The notes under the pieces were generated by a model. It saw nothing but the letters and a program-made list of their open reading frames with translations, was not told the DNA's origin and searched no databases. A stretch of DNA of 64,000 bases. Source: Bacillota bacterium. GTDB taxonomy: Bacteria > Bacillota > JAAYKD01. Of the stretch, positions 1-9,706 are shown piece after piece (the first letter of the stretch is position 1; each line of letters begins with the position of its first letter). The stretch spans positions 576,001-640,000 of the forward strand of contig OY762825.2 of assembly GCA_963666425.2 (NCBI GenBank), given 5' to 3'. The position numbers and the translations under genes are program-made.

Positions 1-291
1 TCCCGACTTGATGCCGGAGATGTCATAACCTAAATCCAGGACGGATTTTCGATCCTTGGAAAAATAGACACACAAATCCAGATCGAAAAAGCCTCCCTTC
101 CACTCCACCAACTGCAAACCGCGGCTGCGATGAATGATGTATAAGGCGGTACCGCTATCCGGCAGAACCGCGCGTTTGGGGCGATTATGAAAGAGCAAAT
201 TCTCCGCTGCTGGCTGATTTTGAGTGTGGCTGATGCGGTAAACCACCAAAGCAGCACAAAGCAGACTGAGAATTATTTTTACGATGATCAT
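1..291 (-). CDS. Hypothetical protein with N-terminal hydrophobic segment (3' end lies outside the window)
   Basis: Manual translation MIIVKIILSLLCAALVVYRISHTQNQ... is open to position 1; its ATG overlaps the stop of the 288..947 gene (ATGA coupling). Not in the ORF track because it has no stop in the window. Confidence 0.7.
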   Translation of the reverse strand, partial: MIIVKIILSLLCAALVVYRISHTQNQPAAENLLFHNRPKRAVLPDSGTALYIIHRSRGLQLVEWKGGFFDLDLCVYFSKDRKSVLDLGYDISGIKSG

Positions 292-947
292 GCTCTCACT
301 CCGTCATTCAGTTTCTCCGCCAGCTCCGCCACCGCTTGCAGCGCTTTTTCATCCTGAGCCGCTACGAGGTGATCTGTATCGAGAGAAACTGCTTCGCCGA
401 CCAATTTGGCATTCATTTCGTGCAGAAGAATCCTGGCAGTATCGCGCGCTGTGTCGGCCTTGCCGTCGCCGCCACCGCACAGGATGATGCCGCCGCGTTT
501 CGGTTTGATCTGCGGTTTGATCTTGCGGATTCTCCGGTTGGCATAATAGGTCTGTAAACGGGAGGTGAGTGCCAGCAAAGCCCCGGATAATTCAGAAAAC
601 TGGATGGCAGAGGCGATTATCACATTGTCGCAGCTTTCAATTTCCCGATAAATTTCCTGCATCTCATCCTGGATGGAACAGCCTGTATGACTCCAGCAAT
701 AGCGGCAGTCGATGCAGGGACTGATCTTGCTGCCATAGGCGTTGACAACATGCACCTCACCATTCAATTGTTCTTTCAGTTTTTCAATTAAGTAGACTGT
801 GTTGCCATTTTTGCGGGGAGAACCGTTGAAGATCAGCGTGCGCGGACAGGGCGCCGTTTGGTTCGACAAGAGCGGCTGCGGCTGCAAGCTATCCCGCTGT
901 AGCCCGGGCTGTTCCGAGGTGAGTTTGATTTCTTCCGGCATTTTCAT
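288..947 (-). CDS. Flavodoxin-family / iron-sulfur flavoprotein (Isf/WrbA-like NAD(P)H-dependent oxidoreductase)
   Basis: FMN loop NGSPRKNGNT and Cys cluster CIDCRYC-x5-C typical of Isf proteins. Confidence 0.85.
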   Translation of the reverse strand: MKMPEEIKLTSEQPGLQRDSLQPQPLLSNQTAPCPRTLIFNGSPRKNGNTVYLIEKLKEQLNGEVHVVNAYGSKISPCIDCRYCWSHTGCSIQDEMQEIYREIESCDNVIIASAIQFSELSGALLALTSRLQTYYANRRIRKIKPQIKPKRGGIILCGGGDGKADTARDTARILLHEMNAKLVGEAVSLDTDHLVAAQDEKALQAVAELAEKLNDGVRA

Positions 948-1077
948 ACACCCTTTCTCTATTAAGAATTTCGATATGAGTAGGAATTTGTTTTCTTTAT
1001 GCTAAGATGTTAGCATGGCTTTTCAGAAAAAGCAATGGCCAGAATATTTTACCTTAAGCAGTTGCCGCTTTGGCGGC

Positions 1078-1102
1078 AGGAAATTACCGGAGAAAATGGA
1101 AT
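1078..1102 (+). promoter_or_regulatory. Sigma-H-like promoter
   Basis: gcAGGA-N17-GAAT, 35 nt upstream of the 1137 ATG. Confidence 0.6.
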
Positions 1103-1136
1103 AGGATAACAAACAAGGTTGAAATGAGGGAAAGCG

Positions 1137-1979
1137 ATGTATGATTTTTCAATTGGCGTGATGCTGGATTCTTTTCGCACCGGCATTGCCGAAGCACTGG
1201 ATCAGGCGGTCGCTGTTGGCGCGGAGGGGATCCAAGTCTACACAACCACCGGCGAGCTGTCGGCAGCTCATTTAACTCCCACGAAACGCAGAGAATTTTT
1301 ACGGCAGGTGCAGGGACACGGTTTGAGCATCGCTGCTCTTTGCGGTGATTTGGGTCAGGGATTTGGTGATGCGCAAAAAAATCCTCAGCTGATCGAAGAT
1401 TCCAAACGGATTCTCGATCTGGCGAAGGACCTGGAAACCGATATTGTCACCACACACATCGGTGTTGTGCCAAACAATCCGCAGCACGCCCGATATCAAA
1501 TCATGCAGGAAGCTTGTTTTCAGCTCAGCCGCTATGCGGACAACCTACAGGCTCATTTCGCGATCGAAACTGGTCCGGAACCTGCTGCAGTCTTAAAAGA
1601 ATTCCTGGACAGTCTCAACTCCACCGGCGTGGCGGTCAATTTGGATCCCGCTAATTTTGTCATGGTGACCGGTGACGATCCGGTTGCCGCCGTTTATACC
1701 CTGCAGAAGTATATTGTGCATACGCACGCCAAAGACGGACGGCGTTTGAGAATCAAAGACCCCGAAAAAATCTATGGGATCCTGGCGGACAGCGATACCG
1801 CCGAACCGGATTTTATCGAACTGCCTCTGGGTGAAGGGGACGTTGATTTTGCCAATTACCTAAAAGCACTGCATGAAATTGGCTACCATGGTTTTTTGAC
1901 CGTGGAAAGAGAAGCCGGTGCCCATCCCGCCGAGGATATCGCCAAGGCGGTGGCATTTTTGCGGCGATGGCGGCGATAA
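1137..1979 (+). CDS. Sugar phosphate isomerase/epimerase (AP-endonuclease-2 TIM barrel)
   Basis: Motifs FAIETGPE, NLDPAN, HTHAKD, LPLGEGDVDF, TVERE. Confidence 0.85.
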   Translation: MYDFSIGVMLDSFRTGIAEALDQAVAVGAEGIQVYTTTGELSAAHLTPTKRREFLRQVQGHGLSIAALCGDLGQGFGDAQKNPQLIEDSKRILDLAKDLETDIVTTHIGVVPNNPQHARYQIMQEACFQLSRYADNLQAHFAIETGPEPAAVLKEFLDSLNSTGVAVNLDPANFVMVTGDDPVAAVYTLQKYIVHTHAKDGRRLRIKDPEKIYGILADSDTAEPDFIELPLGEGDVDFANYLKALHEIGYHGFLTVEREAGAHPAEDIAKAVAFLRRWRR

Positions 1980-1991
1980 CGAGCAATTGAA

Positions 1992-2031
1992 AAAAGGGCT
2001 GTAGCGAAACGAAAATCGCTACAGCCCTTTT
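1992..2031. terminator. Bidirectional intrinsic terminator
   Basis: aaaagggctgtagcga-aacgaaaa-tcgctacagccctttt, with A/T tails on both sides. Confidence 0.8.
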
Positions 2032-2112
2032 CTTCAATTAGTATAACTTCCGCCGGAAGACGCATCAGTACTTTCGCGTTCGATACTGAGTAACATTGTA
2101 TTAAGTACTTTT

Positions 2113-3935
2113 CGGAACAGTCAAGACTGTTCCCTACATTTAGGCAATGTATATTACTGTTTTGTTAGGGTATTATTGCGCATTTATATACCATTGCAAT
2201 GCGATTATAATCATTCTGCAAGGTAGGGAATGGTCTTGACCATTCCGCGTAACCGAGCGATGTGAGATTGTTATGCATAGAAATTTGTTTATTTTTCGGA
2301 ACAGTCAAGACTGTTCCCTACATTTAGGCAATGCTTATTACTGTTTTGTTAGGGTATTATTGCGCATTTATATACTATTGCAATGCGATTATAATCATTT
2401 TGCAAGGTAGGGAATGGTCTTGACCATTCCGCGTAACCGAGCGATGTGAGATTGTTATGCATAGAAATTTGTTTACTTTTCGGAACAGTCAAGACTGTTC
2501 CCTACATTTAGGCAATACTTATTACTGTTTTGTTAGGGTATTATTGCACATTTATATACCATTGCAATGCGATTATAATCATTTTGCAAGGTAGGGAATG
2601 GTCTTGACCATTCCGCGTAACCGAGCGATGTGAGATTGTTATGCATAGAAATTTGTTTACTTTTCGGAACAGTCAAGACTGTTCCCTACATTTAGGCAAT
2701 GCTTATTACTGTTTTGTTAGGGTATTATTGCGCATTTATATACCATTGCAATGCGATTATAATCATTTTGCAAGGTAGAGAATGGTCTTGACCATTCCGC
2801 GTAACCGAGCGATGTGAGATTGTTATGCATAGAAATTTGTTTACTTTTCGGAACAGTCAAGACTGTTCCCTACATTTAGGCAATGTATATTACTGTTTTG
2901 TTAGGGTATTATTGCGCATTTATATACCATTGCAATGCGATTATAATCCTTCTGCAAGGTAGGGAATGGTCTTGACCATTCCGCGTAACCGAGCGATGTG
3001 AGATTGTTATGCATAGAAATTTGTTTACTTTTCGGAACAGTCAAGACTGTTCCCTACATTTAGGCAATGCTTATTACTGTTTTGTTAGGGTATTATTGCA
3101 CATTTATATACCATTGCAATGTATATTACTGTTTTGTTAGGATATTATTGCGCATTTATATACCATTGCAATGCGATTATAATCATTTTGCAAGGTAGGG
3201 AATGGTCTTGACCATTCCGCGTAACCGAGCGATGTGAGATTGTTATGCATAGAAATTTGTTTGCTTTTCGGAACAGTCAAGACTGTTCCCTACATTTAGG
3301 CAATGTATATTACTGTTTTGTTAGGGTATTATTGCGCATTTATATACCATTGCAATGTATATTACTGTTTTGTTAGGGTATTATTGCGCATTTATATACC
3401 ATTGCAATGCGATTATAATCATTTTGCAAGGTAGGGAATGGTCTTGACCATTCCGCGTAACCGAGCGATGTGAGATTGTTATGCATAGAAATTTGTTTAC
3501 TTTTCGGAACAGTCAAGACTGTTCCCTACATTTAGGCAATGTATATTACTGTTTTGTTAGGGTATTACTGCGCATTTATATACCATTGCAATGCGATTAT
3601 AATCATTTTGCATGGTAGGGAATGGTCTTGACCATTCCGCGTAACCGAGCGATGTGAGATTGTTATGCATAGAAATTTGTTTACTTTTCGGAACAGTCAA
3701 GACTGTTCCCTACATTTAGGCAATGCTTATTACTGTTTTGTTAGGGTATTATTGCGCATTTATATACTATTGCAATGCGATTATAATCCTTCTGCAAGGT
3801 AGAGAATGGTCTTGACCATTCCGCGTAACCGAGCGATGTGAGATTGTTATACATAGAAATTTGTTTACTTTTCGGAACAGTCAAGACTGTTCCCTACATT
3901 TAGGCAATGTATATTACTTTTTTGTTAGGGTATTA
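2113..3935. repeat. Tandem array of alternating inverted GTAG-type REP palindromes (BIME/REPIN-like), 184-bp unit
   Basis: CGGAACAGTCAAGACTGTTCCCTAC starts at 2113, 2297, 2481, 2665, 2849, 3033, 3269, 3505, 3689, 3873; GTAGGGAATGGTCTTGACCATTCCG starts at 2223, 2407, 2591, 2775, 2959, 3195, 3431, 3615, 3799; linkers of 85 and 49 nt; two units are 236 bp; lies between convergent genes. Confidence 0.93.
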
Positions 3936-4019
3936 TGGTTTTTGTACATCTAGTGCTGTTAATTTTGCGCGGCGCTTTTTAAACTGTTTTGCGAGAGCCG
4001 CTTTTTCATTTTACTGTAT

Positions 4020-5108
4020 TTACTTCTTCTGCAGGAAAGGCGGCACAGAAAAATCAGCGCCGGACTTGGCCTGATTCTGTTTCATCGCCATGGAAATGGT
4101 CCGCTCATCCCGCATCTCTGGTTTCTTGTTCGGATCAAAATAGGGAGACCGCTGTTTCTGGTCGAAACCGGTTGCTACCACGGCCAGACGCACTTGGTCT
4201 TTTAATTTTTCATCAATCGAAGTACCCCAGATGATCTGGGCATCCGGATCGACCGCCTGGGTAATGATATCGGCCGCTTCTGTCGTTTCATATAAGGTTA
4301 AATCCGGTCCGCCGGCAATGTTCAATAAAACACCGCGGGCTCCTTCGATCGATGTTTCCAGCAAAGGACTGGAAATCGCCATTTTGGCAGCCTGTACCGC
4401 TCTGCCTTCACCCTGACCGTAGCCAATACCCATGATGGCAGTCCCGGAATCACGCATAATCGATTTGACATCGGCAAAGTCCAAATTGACAATACCGGGA
4501 ACCACAATTAAGTCGGAGATGCCCTGCACACCCTGACGCAGGATTTCATCCACCATTTTAAAGGCATCCAGTAAGGTCGTCTTTTTATCAATCACTTGCA
4601 TCAGGCGATCATTGGGTATGGTGATCAGAGCATCCACTTTTTCCCGCAGTCTGCTGATACCAAGATCAGCCTGCGCCGCACGGCGGCGACCCTCAAAAGC
4701 GAAGGGTTTGGTGACGACGGAAATGGTCAGCGCACCCATTTCTTTGGCAACTTCTGCTACAACGGCTGCCGCGCCTGTGCCGGTGCCGCCGCCCATGCCG
4801 GCCGTGACAAAGACCATATCAGCGCCTTTCAGGACGCGAGCCAGTTCATCCCGGCTCTCCTCGGCAGCTTTCAAACCAATGTCCGGATTGCCGCCCGCTC
4901 CCTGACCGCGGGTTAATTTCATGCCAATCTGCAGCTTTTGATCTGCCAAAGAATGCTCTAAAACAACACCGTCTGTATTGACAGCGATGAATTCTACCCC
5001 TTTTAAGCCGGCTGCGATCATGCGGTCTACCGCATTACTACCGCCGCCGCCGACGCCAATGACTTTAATTTTTGTGATTTCCTGCATATCAGATTGAACT
5101 TCCAACAC
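4020..5108 (-). CDS. ftsZ: Cell division GTPase FtsZ
   Basis: [13 protein letters not shown], tubulin signature [16 protein letters not shown]-terminal VPPFL; start set to GTG 5108 after GAGGAG. Confidence 0.99.
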   Translation of the reverse strand: MLEVQSDMQEITKIKVIGVGGGGSNAVDRMIAAGLKGVEFIAVNTDGVVLEHSLADQKLQIGMKLTRGQGAGGNPDIGLKAAEESRDELARVLKGADMVFVTAGMGGGTGTGAAAVVAEVAKEMGALTISVVTKPFAFEGRRRAAQADLGISRLREKVDALITIPNDRLMQVIDKKTTLLDAFKMVDEILRQGVQGISDLIVVPGIVNLDFADVKSIMRDSGTAIMGIGYGQGEGRAVQAAKMAISSPLLETSIEGARGVLLNIAGGPDLTLYETTEAADIITQAVDPDAQIIWGTSIDEKLKDQVRLAVVATGFDQKQRSPYFDPNKKPEMRDERTISMAMKQNQAKSGADFSVPPFLQKK

Positions 5109-5225
5109 GAGCTTCACTCCTCTTCTTAATTCTTACTGCCGATGACATGACATTTTTATCGCTTGAATGACCTGATTTTCTCTGTTCGTATTGAAAACCG
5201 GCTTACGGAAAGCCTTTGCCTAAAA

Positions 5226-5251
5226 TTTCGTCCTGCCAATAAGGGATTCCT
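5226..5251 (-). promoter_or_regulatory. Sigma-H-like promoter upstream of ftsZ
   Basis: AGGA-N18-GAAA on the minus strand. Confidence 0.55.
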
Positions 5252-5352
5252 CCCTGCTCTCTGAAAGAATATCCTGTAGAAACAGCAGCCGTTTTTTGAC
5301 AGCAAGCTTTCCAGCGTTCAGATGCTTGTTTTCCAACCTGCTTTGGCAGTGG

Positions 5353-6075
5353 TCAATCCGGGATAAAGACTGGTTTTCCTTCCTGCAGGATGATCGTGCC
5401 TTTCTGGTTTTTCTCACGCATCAGGAGAATAATGGTGCGCATACTGTTCAGTTGTTCGGTACTGACTTCGCTGCCTTGCACCTGTATGCGATAATTATCC
5501 ACCGAAACAATGGTAAGATAGCGGGCATCGGTCAGCTTGATTTCCGCTACCAAATTTTTAAACGTATCACTCATTTGCTCGATCAGCAGTTTAACCCGGT
5601 TGATATCCGTATCAGCCGGAATGCGGTCACCTACACCGAGGAAAGGCAGTTCGATGCCGGTCAGCAGAATCACCTGTTCGTTCGCCGGTAATTGCGTTGC
5701 AATCTCTAAGGCAATCCCTTCATCTGAAATTGCCAGGTAATTGCCATGATAGGGAATATAGGCCATAATTTGACGTTCTGTCAGCGTGATCTCCATTTTA
5801 TTGGGCAATAGATAGCGAATCTGCGCTTCGGCAATCCAAGGTGTCTTGGTCAGTTTCGCTTCCAACGGCTGTAAACGTAAGAAAATCAAAGGCTTGCCAA
5901 TCGGTTCGTCCAACACATAGTAAATCTGATTGACGTCTGCTTTGACGTTGCCGACAATCGTCAATTCACTCAAACGAAAGATCGGCAGCAGCCAAAGAGA
6001 AAGCAGGAACAGCAAAGGCAGCAGCAAAAGGAATCGGATTTTCCAACTAATCTTCAGCGATTTGAGCCGTTTCAA
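5353..6075 (-). CDS. divIB: Cell division protein FtsQ/DivIB
   Basis: Single N-terminal TM, POTRA-like region (PWIAEAQIRYLLPNKMEITLTER), position between ddl and ftsZ; TTG start after AAGGAGG. Confidence 0.85.
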   Translation of the reverse strand: MKRLKSLKISWKIRFLLLLPLLFLLSLWLLPIFRLSELTIVGNVKADVNQIYYVLDEPIGKPLIFLRLQPLEAKLTKTPWIAEAQIRYLLPNKMEITLTERQIMAYIPYHGNYLAISDEGIALEIATQLPANEQVILLTGIELPFLGVGDRIPADTDINRVKLLIEQMSDTFKNLVAEIKLTDARYLTIVSVDNYRIQVQGSEVSTEQLNSMRTIILLMREKNQKGTIILQEGKPVFIPD

Positions 6076-6115
6076 TTCGTTGCCTCCTTTCCTTGCCTGC
6101 AACGACCTGACGATC

Positions 6116-7042
6116 TTACGCTTCCAAAGCCAACTGAATCAATTTCTCCACCAAATCCGCATAGGAATAGCCAATTGCTTTGGCTGCATCCGGCACCAGA
6201 CTGGTACCCGTCATACCGGGCAGTGTATTCACTTCCAGCAGCCAGCAGCGGCCTTCCTTATCTGCAAAGAAATCCGACCGGGAAATACCGCGGCAGCCCA
6301 AGGCACGGTGCGCTTTCACCGCCATCGCTTTGGCTTCCGCTTCCACTGCCGGCGCGATGCGGGCGGGTATTAAATGCTTGCTCATATTGACCGCGTACTT
6401 CGCTTCATAATCATAAAATTCATTGGAAGAAACAATTTCAATACAGGGTAGAACGGTCAGTTCGTGATTTCCCCAGATGGCCACGGTCAGCTCCGTACCG
6501 CTGATCGCTTCTTCAATTAAGACTTCGGTATCATACTGTAAAGCCAGGCGCAGAGCCGGCAGTAAGTCTTGCCGCTCTTTCACCAAGGTCAGACCAATGG
6601 AGGAGCCTTGGGAAGCCGGTTTCACGATCAAATGATCTACGCCGGCAAAGACAGTCTCTACTTGTTCATGAATGCGATCCAAATCTGTATATTGATCAAC
6701 AGGCAGCCATTTTGGCGTTCTGATCTGTTCAAATTCAAAGACTTTCTTCGACATGATTTTATTCATCGCCAAAGCGCTGGCTAAAACACCGGAACCAACA
6801 TAAGGAATTCCCATGATTTCCAATAAACCTTGCACAGTACCGTCTTCTCCGAATTTTCCGTGCGAAGCAATAAATGCCACGTCGACCGGCATGGCCTGCA
6901 GTGCGCCGGGCAACTGCGCGTCAATTTCCATTTGATAAGCGCGATACCCTCGCGACTGCAGCGCTGCGATGATCCCCGCAGCTGTTTTTAAGGAGATTTC
7001 TCTTTCCGATGATCTGCCCACTAAGACTGCAACATTTTTCAT
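6116..7042 (-). CDS. ddl: D-alanine--D-alanine ligase
   Basis: SSEREISL, HGKFGEDG, GSSIG, YDYEAKY, LEVNTLPGMT. Confidence 0.97.
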   Translation of the reverse strand: MKNVAVLVGRSSEREISLKTAAGIIAALQSRGYRAYQMEIDAQLPGALQAMPVDVAFIASHGKFGEDGTVQGLLEIMGIPYVGSGVLASALAMNKIMSKKVFEFEQIRTPKWLPVDQYTDLDRIHEQVETVFAGVDHLIVKPASQGSSIGLTLVKERQDLLPALRLALQYDTEVLIEEAISGTELTVAIWGNHELTVLPCIEIVSSNEFYDYEAKYAVNMSKHLIPARIAPAVEAEAKAMAVKAHRALGCRGISRSDFFADKEGRCWLLEVNTLPGMTGTSLVPDAAKAIGYSYADLVEKLIQLALEA

Positions 7043-8466
7043 AATTTGATTTCCCCTTCTTCATTTTCTCCGCCGGCAGGAAGTAGATTTTGCAATTCCT
7101 GCAATAAGGGAATGCCAAATTGATTGACATCGCCGGCTCCCATTAAAATCACCATATCGCCAGGCCGTAAGAGCGGCGCCAACTGCTGCGGTAATTGCGT
7201 TTTATCCGCGATATAAATGACTTGTCTTTGCGGATCCCATTCATGCACTGCATTGACCAACATTTCACCATTAACGCCAGGTTCCGGTCTTTTTTCCCTG
7301 GAAGCAAAAATATCGGTCAGAATGACCAGATCGGCGTCAAAAAAAGCTTTGCCGAAATCATTTCTGAGATTTCTGGTGCGCGAGTAAAGATGCGGCTGAA
7401 AAACAACCAGCAATCGCTTGGGCTGAAAGGTTCTGGCCGCCGCCAGGGCTGCTTTGATTTCCGTAGGGTGATGGGAATAGTCTTCGATGACGGTGATCTC
7501 CCCTACACTGCCAATCTTTTCAAAACGCCGTTTGGAACCGCCGAAAGCAGCCAAACCCTGCTGAATCTCGGCCATGGTCAGACCCAAGTGCAAGCAAATA
7601 CCCACGACAGCCAAAGCATTTTCTACATTGTGCCTGCCGGGCACCTGCAGCTCGATCTCACCCAAAACAGCATGATCCAGCACGACCTGAAATTGACAGT
7701 GCCCATTCTGCAAAACGACCTTGGCTGCCTGCAGACGCGCATCGGCGGCAAAGCCAAAGCTCAGATAGGAACAAGTCAGCTGCGGTATGATTTTGCGTAC
7801 GCTGTCGGAATCGATGCCCAGCATGGCAAAACCATCTGCCGGCAATTGATTCAAATAGGTCACGAAAGCCTGTTCAATATGGTAGAGCGATTTATAATAG
7901 TCCAGATGATCGGCTTCAATGTTGGTGATCACAGCATATTTGTAGCTCAGGTTGAGAAAACTGCCATCGCTTTCATCTACTTCGGCGACCAGATAGCGTC
8001 CTTCTCCCCAGCAGGCATTGCCGCCGATCTGCGCCAACTCGCCGCCCAGGATCGCGGCAGGCTCTTTGCCGGCACTGAGCAGGACCGTTGTCAGCATGGA
8101 GCTGGTGGTTGTTTTGCCATGCGCACCAGCAACGGTGATGCTTTCTTTTTCCGCCATCAGCACATTCAGCATTTTGGAACGATGCCAAATTGGGATTCTC
8201 CGTCTCTCGGCTTCTTCCACTTCCGCATTTTCATATTTTATGGCTGATGAAACCACGACCAACTCCGCATCACCCAATTGTTCTGCTTTATGACCGCAGT
8301 AAACCTTGGCACCCAAGCGGCGTAAATCTTCTGTGATATGAGATTCATTTTCATCCGAACCGGAGACTGTCATGCCGCGTCCCAATAAAATACGCGCCAG
8401 GGCACTCATCCCGATCCCACCGATGGCGATAAAATGGACTTTTTTATATTGGCCCAAATTTTCCAT
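7039..8466 (-). CDS. murC: UDP-N-acetylmuramate--L-alanine ligase
   Basis: GGIGMSALA, GAHGKTTT, EVDESDGSF, DYSHHPTEI, FQPHLYSRT; start set to MENLGQ. Confidence 0.97.
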   Translation of the reverse strand: MENLGQYKKVHFIAIGGIGMSALARILLGRGMTVSGSDENESHITEDLRRLGAKVYCGHKAEQLGDAELVVVSSAIKYENAEVEEAERRRIPIWHRSKMLNVLMAEKESITVAGAHGKTTTSSMLTTVLLSAGKEPAAILGGELAQIGGNACWGEGRYLVAEVDESDGSFLNLSYKYAVITNIEADHLDYYKSLYHIEQAFVTYLNQLPADGFAMLGIDSDSVRKIIPQLTCSYLSFGFAADARLQAAKVVLQNGHCQFQVVLDHAVLGEIELQVPGRHNVENALAVVGICLHLGLTMAEIQQGLAAFGGSKRRFEKIGSVGEITVIEDYSHHPTEIKAALAAARTFQPKRLLVVFQPHLYSRTRNLRNDFGKAFFDADLVILTDIFASREKRPEPGVNGEMLVNAVHEWDPQRQVIYIADKTQLPQQLAPLLRPGDMVILMGAGDVNQFGIPLLQELQNLLPAGGENEEGEIKL

Positions 8467-8575
8467 ATAAAACACCTTTCCCTCACAGCGCAGGCTGTTT
8501 TCTGTCAATCCGATCGATCGCCGGCTTCCCACTTGCCGGGATAGCGGCGTGCTTGCTTGCTGCGGTCGGTTTTCT

Positions 8576-9685
8576 TTATTTCTGTTTTATCGCGATTTGA
8601 CAGGCTAAGTCGGCAAATTGCCTGGTCGCATTCGGTTTTGCCATGGCTAAGGCAGCCTGATGCATCCGCTGCGATTTTTCATCGTCGAACAAAATCTGGT
8701 TGATTGTCTGCAGCAACAGCGTTGGGGTTAAATCCTTTTCCCGAATCATCATGCCGGCGCCTTCATTTTCAATCGCCTTGGCATTGTATTCCTGGTGATT
8801 ATCCGCTACATGGGGTGAGGGGATATAAATAGCGGGAATACCGACCAGATTGATTTCTGCAATCATACCGCCGGAACGGGAGATGATCAGATCGGCCGCC
8901 TTCAGACCGGCTGCCATATCGAACAAATAAGGCAGCAAATGCAGGTTTTTATGCTGCAAGTAACCGAGCGCGTTTAGTTTCGCTGAAATCTCGGCAAAAT
9001 GCGCTTTGCCCGTGGCAAAAATAATCTGCTGACCGCTCTGGGATAAGAAATCGGGCAGCACCGCCAAAACGGCTTCATTGATTGGCTCCGCTCCGCGGCT
9101 GCCGCCGACCACCAGCAAAGTTTTCAGTTTTGGATTTAGCTGCAGACGCCGGATTGCCTCTTCTCTGCCGGTTGCCATGATTTCCGGTCTGACCGGATTA
9201 CCGATCACGTATTGCGGCTTATTGCCGGGAAAATAACGGCTTGATTCAGGGTATGAGAGTGCGATGGCCGTCACAAATCGGGCTAACAGACGGTTGGTCA
9301 TACTGGGCAGCGCATTCTGCTCATGGATTAAGGTCGGGATTCTCATCAGGGCGGCCTGCAGAACCACAGGCCCGGCAACATAGCCGCCGGTACCAACCAC
9401 CACATCCGGTCGGAATTCCTTCAGGTAAGCATGCGCTTGAAAGAAACCGCTGGCTGCTGTGACAATTGTTTTTAAGGTATCCAAAGAAATCTTACGCTGA
9501 AAACCGCGGGAAGAAATCACAGAAAATGGGATCCCTTCTTGGGGAACCAGTTCTGATTCCATTCCTCTTTGCGTACCAAGATATAAAACCTGAAGAGGTT
9601 CTGGCCTCGCTTGTAATTCCTTGATTAAAGCAATGGCCGGATTGATATGTCCGCCCGTCCCACCGCCGGTCACAACCAGTCGCAT
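8576..9685 (-). CDS. murG: Lipid II GlcNAc transferase MurG
   Basis: GGGTGGHINP, GTGGYV, HEQNA, GNPVR, GGSRGA, HQEYNA. Confidence 0.98.
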   Translation of the reverse strand: MRLVVTGGGTGGHINPAIALIKELQARPEPLQVLYLGTQRGMESELVPQEGIPFSVISSRGFQRKISLDTLKTIVTAASGFFQAHAYLKEFRPDVVVGTGGYVAGPVVLQAALMRIPTLIHEQNALPSMTNRLLARFVTAIALSYPESSRYFPGNKPQYVIGNPVRPEIMATGREEAIRRLQLNPKLKTLLVVGGSRGAEPINEAVLAVLPDFLSQSGQQIIFATGKAHFAEISAKLNALGYLQHKNLHLLPYLFDMAAGLKAADLIISRSGGMIAEINLVGIPAIYIPSPHVADNHQEYNAKAIENEGAGMMIREKDLTPTLLLQTINQILFDDEKSQRMHQAALAMAKPNATRQFADLACQIAIKQK

Positions 9686-9706
9686 GACAACACATCCTTT
9701 CCGACA

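Noticed and set aside
2113-3935. CRISPR array or guide-RNA (TIGR-like) array
   Set aside because: Sequences between the palindromes are near-identical in every unit (no unique spacers), the repeats alternate in orientation, and no cas-like gene is in the window.
2066-3988. Repeat-encoded protein or RAYT transposase at the array
   Set aside because: No ORF of 60 aa or more in any frame; the 184-bp period is not a multiple of 3; flanking genes are an epimerase and ftsZ.
7195-8247. 350-aa plus-strand ORF
   Set aside because: Antisense shadow of murC with no recognisable motifs.
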